A stretch of DNA of 64,000 nt from an uncultured Anaerolineales bacterium (lineage in GTDB: Bacteria; Planctomycetota; Phycisphaerae; FEN-1346), in the NCBI GenBank assembly GCA_964397995.1, contig CAYNLG010000002.1, forward strand, positions 34,444 to 98,443. Reading direction: 5' to 3'. Below the pieces are notes generated by a model, which was not told where the DNA came from, did no database searches, and was given only the letters and a program-made list of their open reading frames with translations. Both the position numbers and the translations under genes were made by a program. Every line of letters begins with the position of its first letter. Positions within the stretch are counted from its first letter, which is position 1. Positions 47,589-56,982 of the stretch are shown here, one piece after another.

Positions 47589-48078
47589 ACCGCCCGCGTC
47601 CGGCGGACCGGCTGAGCGGCCATCGCGGTATGGCGTCGGGCCGCACATCGCAGCCGTCGGGGCGGGGGTCGCAGCGGCAGCCGTCGCGGCGCATGTCGCC
47701 TGGTACCCGCTCTTCGCCCTCGAGGGCGCAGCCCGTATGGCCTGCGCCGTCGTGGGCGCGGTCCTGGTCGCGGCCGGCCTGGTCGCATACGTGCCGGCGG
47801 CGCGGCGGCTCCACGGAACGTACGGCCACGGCGAGTTGCTGACCGACGGCGCATGGGCCCGGTCGCGGCACCCGATCTATGCCGCGTGGATTTTCCTCAT
47901 CGTGCCGGGCGTGGCGCTGGTCGCCGGGAGTTGGGCCCTGCTGGCGCCGGCGGGGGCGATGTACCTGGCCGCCCGGGTCTGCGTCCGCCGGGAGGAAGCG
48001 TACCTGGAGGCCCGCTTCGGCGAAGCCTATCGGGCGTACCGTCGGCGGACTTGGCCGCTCATCCCGAAGCCCTGGTAA
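47578..48078 (+). CDS. Isoprenylcysteine carboxyl methyltransferase (ICMT/PEMT)-family membrane methyltransferase
   Basis: The C-terminal ICMT motif block LLTDGAWARSRHPIYAAWIFLIVPG...EEAYLEARFGEAYRAYRRRT. Overlaps the hydrolase stop by 11 nt. Confidence 0.7.
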   Translation: MATEPPASGGPAERPSRYGVGPHIAAVGAGVAAAAVAAHVAWYPLFALEGAARMACAVVGAVLVAAGLVAYVPAARRLHGTYGHGELLTDGAWARSRHPIYAAWIFLIVPGVALVAGSWALLAPAGAMYLAARVCVRREEAYLEARFGEAYRAYRRRTWPLIPKPW

Positions 48079-48089
48079 GGAGCCGTTCG

Positions 48090-49058
48090 ATGAAGGCCGC
48101 GAAGAGGAAGACCGTCATGCTGAAGGGCCTCCGCTGGCAGCCCGCGTGGGCCACACGCATCGGCTGCATGAAAGGGTGCCTCGACTTCCTCGGGCGGGAG
48201 GTGTCGCTCCCCTGGATACACGGCGGGACGGGCCACGCCTTCGTCATGAACATGCACGAGCAGGTCTGTGCCAGCGGGCCGACCACCTGGCGGTCGGAGC
48301 ACCTCGGGCGACTGCTCGCGAACCTGGGCGGCAAGGAGAACGCCATCTTCACCCACCGTGAAGACCCGGCCTTCAGAGAGAAGCGGCAGGTCGCCTGGTC
48401 GCACGTGCGACAGTGCCTCGACCGCAAGGTCCCGTGCTACGGGTGGGAGCTGAAGGTGCCGGAGTACTACGTCGTCTGCGGCTACGACGAGACCGGTTAC
48501 TTCATCAGCGGCCCGCATGCCGACGCCGAAGGGCCCGTGCCGTGGGACAGCCTGGCCGAAGGCGAGATCGGCTGCCTTTACCTCACAGGCGTCGAGGCCT
48601 GCGACCCGGCGCCGGACCGGAAGGTGGTCCGCGACGCTGTGACTTTCGCGATCGACCACGCTGAGAGACCGGCCGAGTACGCTTTCCCGAAATGCAAGAC
48701 TGGTCCGGCCGGCTTCGACCAGTGGGCGAAGGCCCTGGAGACCGGTACGGCAAGCCGTTTCGGTCTGGGCTACAACGGAGAGGTCTGGCGCGAGTGCCGC
48801 GACCAAGCGGTGCGCTTCCTCGGCGAGGCCAAGGCGAGGTTGGATGACCGGCTCGCGCCGCTGCTGGACGACGCGGCCGCCCAATACGCCCTCTCGCGCG
48901 ACGAACTCGGCGCCGTCTGCCGCGCGTTCCCTTTCGACCCGCACACCGACGCCAAGGAGCTGGTCACGAGCGAGGAGGCGGCGGCACTCATCCGCGAGGC
49001 GGCCAAGGCCGAACGCGAGGCCCTGCGCGGGCTCAAGGAGATTGTGGCGGCCATCTGA
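48090..49058 (+). CDS. Hypothetical protein (322 aa), last gene of the hydrolase/ICMT operon
   Basis: A long ORF with ordinary amino-acid composition. Start at MKAAKRKTVMLKGL, 12 nt after the ICMT stop. No recognisable family. Confidence 0.45.
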   Translation: MKAAKRKTVMLKGLRWQPAWATRIGCMKGCLDFLGREVSLPWIHGGTGHAFVMNMHEQVCASGPTTWRSEHLGRLLANLGGKENAIFTHREDPAFREKRQVAWSHVRQCLDRKVPCYGWELKVPEYYVVCGYDETGYFISGPHADAEGPVPWDSLAEGEIGCLYLTGVEACDPAPDRKVVRDAVTFAIDHAERPAEYAFPKCKTGPAGFDQWAKALETGTASRFGLGYNGEVWRECRDQAVRFLGEAKARLDDRLAPLLDDAAAQYALSRDELGAVCRAFPFDPHTDAKELVTSEEAAALIREAAKAEREALRGLKEIVAAI

Positions 49059-49096
49059 CGCCGCCGGCGACCGACCGGGCGGGCCCCATGGGCCCG

Positions 49097-50083
49097 TCAG
49101 TCGCCGTAACCGTCCGGATGGGCCCGGTGCCACGCCCACGCGGTCTCGATGATGGTCTCCAGGCCGGGGTATTGCGGCATCCAGCCAAGGGCGTCCCCGA
49201 TACGGTCACTGGACCCCACGAGTTCCGGCGGGTCCCCTGGACGCCGGTCGGCCTCGACGGCAGGAATGGAATGGCCGGTGACGCGGCGGGCGACTTCGAG
49301 GACTTCCCGAACGGAGTAGCCGCTGCCATTGCCGAGGTTGTAAGCGACGAAGCGGCCGGGCATCAGGGCCTCCATGGCCCGGATATGGGCGTCGGCCAGG
49401 TCATCGACGTGGATGTAGTCCCGGATGCAGGTCCCGTCGCGCGTCGGGTAGTCCGTGCCGAAGATACGCACCGACTCACGCTGCCCCAAGGCCACCTGCA
49501 GAACGATCGGGATGAGATGGGTCTCGGGGTCGTGGTCCTCGCCGATCGCGCCGTCGGAAGCGGCCCCGGCGGCGTTGAAGTACCGCAAGGCGCACGCGGC
49601 AAGGCCGTAAGCGTCGGGGGCGGCGTAGGCCCGCATGGCCCCCTCGGTGTCGAGCTTGGTGCGGCCATAGACGTTGATCGGGTTCTGGGGATGGTCCTCG
49701 GTCAGGGGGATGTGCTCCGGCTGGCCGTAGGTTGCGCACGTCGAGGAGAAAACAAGCCGCCCGCACCCCGCTCGCCGCATGGCCGCCAGCAGGTTCAGGC
49801 TGCCGACGACGTTGTTCGTGTAGTATGCCTCAGGATCGGTCATGCTCTCGCCCACGTAGCAGTGGGCGGCAAAATGCATGACGCAGTCCCACCCCCCGGC
49901 GAGACCGGCATCCAGCGAGGCCGGGGCCATGAGGTCGCCCCGAAAGAGCGTGCCGTCGGGGACGGCGGCGGCATGGCCCTCGGCGAGGTTGTCGAAGACG
50001 CGGACCTCGTGGCCCGCCGCCAGCAGGCGCCGCACCGTGTGGCTGCCGATATAGCCCGCCCCGCCCGTCACGAAGACCTTCAT
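49097..50083 (-). CDS. galE: UDP-glucose 4-epimerase
   Basis: MKVFVTGGAGYIGSH Rossmann motif, a YxxxK catalytic motif (YGRTKLDTE), GalE-like length of 328 aa. Confidence 0.82.
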   Translation of the reverse strand: MKVFVTGGAGYIGSHTVRRLLAAGHEVRVFDNLAEGHAAAVPDGTLFRGDLMAPASLDAGLAGGWDCVMHFAAHCYVGESMTDPEAYYTNNVVGSLNLLAAMRRAGCGRLVFSSTCATYGQPEHIPLTEDHPQNPINVYGRTKLDTEGAMRAYAAPDAYGLAACALRYFNAAGAASDGAIGEDHDPETHLIPIVLQVALGQRESVRIFGTDYPTRDGTCIRDYIHVDDLADAHIRAMEALMPGRFVAYNLGNGSGYSVREVLEVARRVTGHSIPAVEADRRPGDPPELVGSSDRIGDALGWMPQYPGLETIIETAWAWHRAHPDGYGD

Positions 50084-51027
50084 CCGGCTGCCCTTTCCTG
50101 CTGCATGAACGCGATCGTCTCGCGGAGTCCTTGGTCGCGTGAGACGCGCGGCTCCCATCCGAGCAGGGCCCGAGCCCTGGTCAGGTCCGGCCGACGCCGC
50201 ACCGGGTCACCCGGCCTCTCGGCCACGTGTTCGACGGGCGCGTCGGATCCGGCAATGGCCATGATCTCCCGTGCCAGGTCCAGGACCGCGACCTCGTCCT
50301 CGTTGCCGAGGTTGACCGGCGCCTCGGCGCCGGGGGCATCCGCCTCAGCCAGGCGCACCAGCCCTTCCACCATGTCAGCGACGTAGCAGAAGGAGCGGGT
50401 CTGCCGACCCGAGCCATGGATGCGAAGCGGCCGGCCAGCGACTGCTGCCGCGACGAAGGCCGGCACAACGCGCCCGTCGCCAGGCCGCATGCGCGGGCCA
50501 TAGGTGTTGAAGATGCGGGCGATGCGGACCCCCACGCCCCGTTCGCGGGCGTACGCCGTCGCCAACGCCTCGGCGTACCGTTTGCCCTCGGTGTAGGCCG
50601 AGCGGGGACCGACGGAACTGGTAAGTCCGGGGTACGTCTCGCGCTGGGGGTGGACTTCCGGTTCGCCGTAGATGTCGCTGGTGGAGGCCAGGACGAAGGT
50701 CGCACCGCGGTCGGCCGCCATGTCCAGGCACCGCCTTGTGCCCTCGGCGCATGTCCGCAGCGTCTGGATGGGCCGCGCGGCCGGGTCGGCCAGGCTGACC
50801 GGCGACGCCAGGTGGTAGAGACGGTCGACGGGGCCCTCGACCGGCAACGCCTCGACGACGTCCGCACGGACGAAGGTGAAGCGGCCGGTCGTTTCCAGCG
50901 GAGCGACGTTGGTCCAACGTCCGGAGGAGAGATCATCGACACAGACGACGTCGTGACCGTCGCCGAGAAGGCGCTCCGCCAGGTGGGAGCCGATGAAGCC
51001 CGCTCCCCCGGTCAGCACGACGCGCAT
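50080..51027 (-). CDS. UDP-glucuronate decarboxylase / NAD-dependent epimerase-dehydratase (UXS-like)
   Basis: MRVVLTGGAGFIGSHL and YTEGKRYAE. Its stop overlaps the galE start (ATGA). Confidence 0.72.
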   Translation of the reverse strand: MRVVLTGGAGFIGSHLAERLLGDGHDVVCVDDLSSGRWTNVAPLETTGRFTFVRADVVEALPVEGPVDRLYHLASPVSLADPAARPIQTLRTCAEGTRRCLDMAADRGATFVLASTSDIYGEPEVHPQRETYPGLTSSVGPRSAYTEGKRYAEALATAYARERGVGVRIARIFNTYGPRMRPGDGRVVPAFVAAAVAGRPLRIHGSGRQTRSFCYVADMVEGLVRLAEADAPGAEAPVNLGNEDEVAVLDLAREIMAIAGSDAPVEHVAERPGDPVRRRPDLTRARALLGWEPRVSRDQGLRETIAFMQQERAAG

Positions 51028-51092
51028 TGCCGGCGCTCCTTCCCCATGGAGGCGGCATTATAGGTCGAGCGTGGGGCGCTGCCAAGGGCCCG

Positions 51093-53156
51093 CTAGGCCG
51101 TGGGGGTCGGACCGCCCTGGTCATGGGAAGCCGTCTCGGCCGGCGGCACGGGGGCGCGACGCGAGTCCCGGGCGGGGGGTTCATATTCGGGGACGACAGC
51201 CTTCAGGGCGGTCGACACGGCGTCCGGGGCCGTGCCGTCGACCACCTCCCGCAGGCGGTCCAGGACCGCGTCCATCTCCTCGGGCGTATAGGGGCGGCTC
51301 TGCCAGATGAAGATCTTCTCGTGGTGCGTCGGCAGAACGTCCTCGCTGCTGGTGCGCAGCTCCTCGAAAAGCTTCTCCCCCGGCCGCATCCCAAGGAACT
51401 CGATCTGGATGTCGATGTCGGGGCGGTAGCCCGACAGGGTGATCATGTCGCGGGCGAGGTCGACGATCTTCACCGGCTCGCCCATGTCCAGGAGCATGAT
51501 CTCGCCGCCCTTGCCGATGGCGCCGGCCTGGATGACAAGTTGCGTCGCCTCGGGGATGGTCATGAAGTACCGCTGCATGTCCGGGTGCGTGACCGTAACC
51601 GGCCCCCCGCGGGCGATCTGCTCGCGGAAGATTGGCACCACGCTGCCGGCCGACCCCAGGACGTTGCCGAAGCGGACGACGACGAATTTCGTGGTGTCGC
51701 ACTGGTCAGTCGCCGGGCGGCTCTGGCAGTAGAGCTCCGCGACGCGCTTGGTGCAGCCCATGACGCTGGTCGGGTTGACGGCCTTGTCAGTCGAGATCAT
51801 GACGAAGGCTTCGGCCTTGTGGCGGCAGGCCATGTCGGCCACGTTCCTCGTGCCGAAGATGTTGTTCTTGATGGCCTCGCCGGGGTTGATCTCCATCATG
51901 GGCACGTGTTTGTGGGCGGCTGCGTGAAAAACGACGTCGGGCTCGAGCTCGGCGAAGACCTCTTCGAGGCGGCGGCGGTCGCAGACGTCGGCGATCACGG
52001 GCGTCAGCTTCAGCCGCCCTTCGCGGGCCCGCAGTTCCCGGTCGATGTGGAACAGGTTGTTCTCGGCCTGTTCCAGCAGGACCAGTCGCTTGGGCTTGAA
52101 GGCGGTCACCTGGCGGCAAAGCTCCGAGCCGATGGACCCACCGGCCCCGGTCACAAGCACGGTCTTTCCGGTGAGAAAATGCCCGATGGTGTCGACGTCC
52201 AAGTTGACGGGGTCACGGCCCAGGAGGTCGTTGATGTCGACCTCGCGAAGCTGGCTGAGGTTGGTGCGGCCCTCGATCAGGTCGGCCACGCCCGGCACGA
52301 TGCGGAATGTGAGCTTCTGGCCTTTGCAGACCTCGATGATGCGGCGGAGTTCATCGCGTTTCGGCTGCGGCAGGGCGATGACCACTTCCTCGACACGTTG
52401 GCGCTCGGCGATTTCGGCCAAGTCGTCCACGCCGCCCAGCACCGGCACCCCGTGGATCCGGATGCCGCGCTTACGCGGGTTGTCGTCCACGAACGCCACC
52501 ACGTGGTATTTCTCGACAGGGAGGCGGTAGAGTTCGCGCAGGACACCCTCGCCAGTGTCACCGGCGCCGACGATGAGGACGCGCGTCAGGCCGGCCGGGC
52601 TGACGGGCCGGGACCCCTCGCGGATAATGCGGACGATGAACCGCAGCCCGCCCACCAGGGCGATCGTGGCCGCCCAGTCGATGATCATCACCGTGTCGCG
52701 GATGCCAACCGGGATCGACAGCACCCCGTAGTGGCTCAGCGTCCGCGAGAGGTACACCGAGGCCAGGATGATCAGGGTCGAGATGTGGCTCGCCTTGAAG
52801 GTCTCGATCAGATCCTGGATGCTGACGTACTGCCACCACCCGGCATAGAGGCGGAAGTAGCCGAACACGAGGAGCTTGACGAGCAGGACGAAGACGAGCA
52901 GCTCGTGGAAGCTGTTCCAGACATCCTTGGGAACGCCGACCATCTCGCTGAACGGTTCGCCGACGGCCTCCGGCGGGATGGTCGTGGCGATCGGTTCGGC
53001 GAAGGGAGGAATCTTGAACTCGTACCGCAGGCCGAACGCCAGCCAGAACGCCACCATAAAGAGGATGGCGTGGACGAGGGCGACGTAGATGTGGCGCAGA
53101 AGAGGCGCGTAGGGGCTGGGCACCTTGGGCGTCGTCTGCGTCTCGGTCATCGGCAC
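51093..53156 (-). CDS. capD: Membrane-anchored nucleotide-sugar 4,6-dehydratase (CapD/PglF/WbpM family polysaccharide biosynthesis protein)
   Basis: Four N-terminal TM helices. Two Rossmann motifs (VLIVGAGDTGEGV; VLVTGAGGSIGSEL). A CapD-like C-terminal catalytic domain. Confidence 0.8.
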   Translation of the reverse strand: MPMTETQTTPKVPSPYAPLLRHIYVALVHAILFMVAFWLAFGLRYEFKIPPFAEPIATTIPPEAVGEPFSEMVGVPKDVWNSFHELLVFVLLVKLLVFGYFRLYAGWWQYVSIQDLIETFKASHISTLIILASVYLSRTLSHYGVLSIPVGIRDTVMIIDWAATIALVGGLRFIVRIIREGSRPVSPAGLTRVLIVGAGDTGEGVLRELYRLPVEKYHVVAFVDDNPRKRGIRIHGVPVLGGVDDLAEIAERQRVEEVVIALPQPKRDELRRIIEVCKGQKLTFRIVPGVADLIEGRTNLSQLREVDINDLLGRDPVNLDVDTIGHFLTGKTVLVTGAGGSIGSELCRQVTAFKPKRLVLLEQAENNLFHIDRELRAREGRLKLTPVIADVCDRRRLEEVFAELEPDVVFHAAAHKHVPMMEINPGEAIKNNIFGTRNVADMACRHKAEAFVMISTDKAVNPTSVMGCTKRVAELYCQSRPATDQCDTTKFVVVRFGNVLGSAGSVVPIFREQIARGGPVTVTHPDMQRYFMTIPEATQLVIQAGAIGKGGEIMLLDMGEPVKIVDLARDMITLSGYRPDIDIQIEFLGMRPGEKLFEELRTSSEDVLPTHHEKIFIWQSRPYTPEEMDAVLDRLREVVDGTAPDAVSTALKAVVPEYEPPARDSRRAPVPPAETASHDQGGPTPTA

Positions 53157-53369
53157 ATGTGCGGGAGTCCCCCGACCTCCACCCTGAATACATCGGCCGC
53201 CACCGCAGGCGGGCTTGAAGGCGCTTGCCCTCGGCCGGGGTCCGCGGCGGCCTGAGATCGTGATTGCCAGCGGAGGAATGGTACAAGGTCGGACGGCCGC
53301 GCGTCAATGCGGCAACAGGGCGCAGCCGGGACGAGCCTGCGGGGGACTCTGTTCCAGCCGTGGGGCCCG

Positions 53370-54458
53370 CTACACCCTGAACGCCCCATCAGCCTGTACG
53401 ACCTTGCCGTCGACCTCCAGGTACCCCCCCTGCCGCAGGTCGCAGATCATGTCCCAGTGCAGGGCGCTCTTGTTCGTCGACCCCGTCTCCGCGTAGCCGT
53501 TGCCGAGCGCCAGGTGGACCGACCCGCCGATCTTCTCGTCGAACAGGATGTTCTTGATGAAGCCCTGGATGCCGAAGTTCGTCCCGATGCCCAGTTCGCC
53601 GAGGCGGGACGCCCCCTTGTCCATGCCGATCATCCGCTCGAGGAAGGCCTGGTTCTTGGCCGCCGTGGCCTTGACGACCTTGCCCTTCTCGAACTCCAGC
53701 CGCACGTCCTCGACCTCTTTGCCGCGGTAGCATACGGGGTACGTGTACCGGATATGGCCCTCGGCACTCGTCTCGACCGGGCCGGTGAAAACTTCGCCGT
53801 CGGGCATGTTCCGGTGGCCGCAGCACGGGACGAAGGTGCGGCCCTTGACGCTGAGCGAGAGGTCCGTGTCCTCGGCGACGATGCGGACGCGGTCGGCCCC
53901 CTGGAGGCGGTCGATCAGCTTCTTCTCGAACGCTTCTTCCTTCTTCCAGTAGGCCACAGGGTCACGCCGATCCAGCGCCATCGCCCGGAACGCGAACGCC
54001 TCGAACTCCTCCAGGCCCATCCCGGCGTCCTGGGCGTAGGCGGCCGTGGGGAAGAGCGTCAGCGTCCAGTCGCCCTTGTTCAGCATGATGTCGAGGAGCC
54101 TGCGGCGGGCCTTTTCCCAGGCAACCTGCTTGTCCGGGTCCGCTCCGGCCAGCGCCTGGGTGTTGGTGGCGCACAGGATGTTGATGTAGTGGTCGCTCTC
54201 GCGGAAGGCGGCCGTCTGCCATTTCGCCACGTGGCCGATCTGGCCCTCGTCGGCCTCGGCGTACATGATCTCCGCCACGCCGTCCGGGCTCATTCGGAAC
54301 GACGGGACGGCTCCGGCCCGATAGACCTCGCGGGCGATTTCGCGCATCAGCGGCTCCGCCGCCGTCGTCCCCGCGATAAGCACCGTCTGGCCCGCCTGGA
54401 CGCCGCGGGCGTACCGGACCAGGAGCCTCGCCATCTTCTCGTGCCGCGTATCAGCCAT
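53370..54458 (-). CDS. Aminopeptidase (M29 / AmpS-type thermophilic metalloprotease family)
   Basis: Overall M29-like sequence (MARLLVRYARGVQAGQTVLIAG...GELGIGTNFGI...HLALGNGY). Start chosen at MADTRHEK. Confidence 0.6.
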   Translation of the reverse strand: MADTRHEKMARLLVRYARGVQAGQTVLIAGTTAAEPLMREIAREVYRAGAVPSFRMSPDGVAEIMYAEADEGQIGHVAKWQTAAFRESDHYINILCATNTQALAGADPDKQVAWEKARRRLLDIMLNKGDWTLTLFPTAAYAQDAGMGLEEFEAFAFRAMALDRRDPVAYWKKEEAFEKKLIDRLQGADRVRIVAEDTDLSLSVKGRTFVPCCGHRNMPDGEVFTGPVETSAEGHIRYTYPVCYRGKEVEDVRLEFEKGKVVKATAAKNQAFLERMIGMDKGASRLGELGIGTNFGIQGFIKNILFDEKIGGSVHLALGNGYAETGSTNKSALHWDMICDLRQGGYLEVDGKVVQADGAFRV

Positions 54459-54599
54459 GCGTTCCTTTCTCGGTTGACACCACATCGCCGGCGCCATCGC
54501 GCCGCGCGTCACTTTATAGCACGCCGGCGCGCCGTGGGCCAGCGCCGGCGCGGAAGAGCCTGCGAATCGAAGGGCCAAGCGGGCACCGCAGAGGGGGCC

Positions 54600-55178
54600 T
54601 CACGAGCCCGCGGGCCGGCGGTGCGTCAGAAGGGTCAGGGCCTCGTTGCGGGTCTTCTCCGACTGGCGAAACAGGCCCCGCACGACGCTCGTGACGGTCG
54701 TCGTGCCCGGTTTCTGCACTCCGCGGATCGTCATGCACAGGTGCTCGGCCTCAACCACGACCATGACCCCGAGGGGCTGGAGGGTATCCATGATGTCGTC
54801 GGCGATGGCATTGGACATCCGCTCCTGGATCTGGAGCTTCCGGGCCTCCATCTCGACGATCCGGGCCAGCTTCGAGAGCCCGGTGACGCGGTTCCTGCGG
54901 GGCAGGTAGGCCACATGGGCCTGGCCGATGAAGGGCACGAGGTGGTGCTCGCACAGGCTCACGAACGGGATGTCCCGGATCAGCAGGATCGCGTCGTGAT
55001 CCTCGCACGGCAGGATCGTCATGATCTCGGCCGGGTCCTGGTCCATGCCCGCGACCAGTTCGGTCCACATCTCGGCGACGCGGCGGGGGGTTTCCTGGAG
55101 GCCGGGGCGGTCGGGATCCTCGCCGATGCCCTCCAGCAGGAGACGGGTGGCCCGTTTGACTTTCTCAATGTCGACCAT
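54600..55178 (-). CDS. folE: GTP cyclohydrolase I
   Basis: CEHHLVPF active-site motif. Length 192 aa. Confidence 0.9.
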   Translation of the reverse strand: MVDIEKVKRATRLLLEGIGEDPDRPGLQETPRRVAEMWTELVAGMDQDPAEIMTILPCEDHDAILLIRDIPFVSLCEHHLVPFIGQAHVAYLPRRNRVTGLSKLARIVEMEARKLQIQERMSNAIADDIMDTLQPLGVMVVVEAEHLCMTIRGVQKPGTTTVTSVVRGLFRQSEKTRNEALTLLTHRRPAGS

Positions 55179-55256
55179 GGCGCCCTCGCGCACGATTCTC
55201 GGGACACGGCGCTTCTACCCGGGCGGCGGAGCGGCGTCAAGCGGAACCAACGCCCG

Positions 55257-56858
55257 TCAGCCGTCGTCCTTGTCCCTCGACGAGGCGTACGTCGTGTCCA
55301 GTTTCCCCGTCAGCATCAGTACCCGCAGGCTGTGCAGGTCGATCGTCGTCCCGTCCACGTTAAGGCGGAAGTACGAGGATGAACTGGTCGAGGTTGAGTA
55401 GTCGCTCAGGCGGCGCGGCTCGCCCGACCACTGGACGAACGGGCGGCCGTTCAGCGTTGAGGTCACCGCCACCCGGCCCTCGGTGGACTTGACCTGTACG
55501 TTCAGCACGTACGGCCGCCCGGTCTCGATGCCGAACTTCCGGAACGTCGACTCGTTGGCCGAGGCCGAACTGCCGTCCAGATACTGGAGTCCGCAGAACG
55601 ATTTGCCAAGAACGAGCGACGCACTGACGGGCCCGAAGGGCATGCGCAGGCGCAACCAGCCGCCACCACCTTTCGGCACCACGAACTTCATCTGGAGCTG
55701 ATAGTCGCCCTTGGGCTCGGCGCGGATGTAGAGGTACCCCCTGTCGATCCGTGGGAAGCTGATCACCTTGCCGCGCTTCGTCCAGTAGCCGTAGGTGGCG
55801 TCGCGGCGGAGGTCGATCAGGCCGAGAAGCTCGACCCAGGACCGGACAGTGGTCGCCTTGTCGGCCGGCTTCGGATCGAGCTTCTCCAGGCGCGCTTCGA
55901 GGTCCTTGAGCATGAGCTCCGCCGTCATCCGCCTCGCGTCCGCCTCCTTGTGCAGGTGCAGGAACCGCTTGGCGTACGCCTGGGACCGCGCGAGAAGCCG
56001 CTTCTCGGTCACCTCATCCACGTCTTTGGCCAGATCGCGGTACCAACCGGCCAGTTCCAGGCAGGCCAACTCCGGAGCCTCGTCGACGCCCTTGGCGACC
56101 GCCGGCACGTACTTGCGCAGCTCGGGCTCGCACGAGTCGTCGATGTACCGCGTCGCCCGGGACGGATCGTCGCACTCCACCACCAGCAGCCGCACCAGCC
56201 TGTTCCGTAAGGCGGCGTTGTCCGGCGAGGCCCCTACTTGGCTCTCCAATTGCTGGACAAGGGCGGCGGTCTTCTTGAGGTCGTACGTCAGCATAATCTT
56301 GGCCTCGAGGTCGTCGGCGCGTTGCGAGCGGATGTCGCGGGCGACTGTCAGGGCCTGTTTGAAGGTCATCTCGGCTTGGACGGCCTCCCAGTCGGCCAAG
56401 AAGGCATCGCCCCGGGCCACGAGGGCGTCAATCAGGGCCTCGCCGGCCTTCTCTCGCTCCGGCCCGCGCGATTCATCGAAGTGGCGCCGCCGCAGGGCCA
56501 GCACCCGCTCGTGACAGGCCTCGGCCTTCGTCTCAAGGCGTTTGGCCTCCAGGAGAAGGGCTTCGATGGCCGCCGCATACCCTTCAGGCCGCGCCGACGC
56601 CAGCGTCACCGCCTTCTCGCAGAGAATCTCCAGCAGGGCAGCCTGTCCCTTGGCCTTCTTTGCTCCGTCCAGGAGCTTTCTGGCCAAGGCCAGATCGTCG
56701 TCGAAGGTGCGGCTGGCAACGGCCGCCTCATATTCTTTTGCGAAGAGGACGCGGAAGGCTTCCTCGGCCTCGGCCCGTTCGCCATCGGACGGCGCGTCCG
56801 CCGCGCAGATCGGCGCCAGAACGGCCAGCACACACAGAAAAGCGACAATGCGGCCCAT
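55257..56858 (-). CDS. Secreted hypothetical protein (534 aa): signal peptide, long helical region, C-terminal beta-rich domain
   Basis: Signal peptide MGRIVAFLCVLAVLAPICAADA. The N-terminal helical motif AEEAFRVLFAKEYEAAVA is shared with ORF 58140..58370. Confidence 0.5.
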   Translation of the reverse strand: MGRIVAFLCVLAVLAPICAADAPSDGERAEAEEAFRVLFAKEYEAAVASRTFDDDLALARKLLDGAKKAKGQAALLEILCEKAVTLASARPEGYAAAIEALLLEAKRLETKAEACHERVLALRRRHFDESRGPEREKAGEALIDALVARGDAFLADWEAVQAEMTFKQALTVARDIRSQRADDLEAKIMLTYDLKKTAALVQQLESQVGASPDNAALRNRLVRLLVVECDDPSRATRYIDDSCEPELRKYVPAVAKGVDEAPELACLELAGWYRDLAKDVDEVTEKRLLARSQAYAKRFLHLHKEADARRMTAELMLKDLEARLEKLDPKPADKATTVRSWVELLGLIDLRRDATYGYWTKRGKVISFPRIDRGYLYIRAEPKGDYQLQMKFVVPKGGGGWLRLRMPFGPVSASLVLGKSFCGLQYLDGSSASANESTFRKFGIETGRPYVLNVQVKSTEGRVAVTSTLNGRPFVQWSGEPRRLSDYSTSTSSSSYFRLNVDGTTIDLHSLRVLMLTGKLDTTYASSRDKDDG

Positions 56859-56982
56859 ACGGCCCCCATGGCAGTCGGTTCGGGTGGCAGCCGACACGTC
56901 GGCGGCGTCCAGCCATACCTCTGCAGTATGGCCGGGTTGCGGACCGGTGTCAAAGCCGAACCGGCCCTCCCCTTCTGATGCC

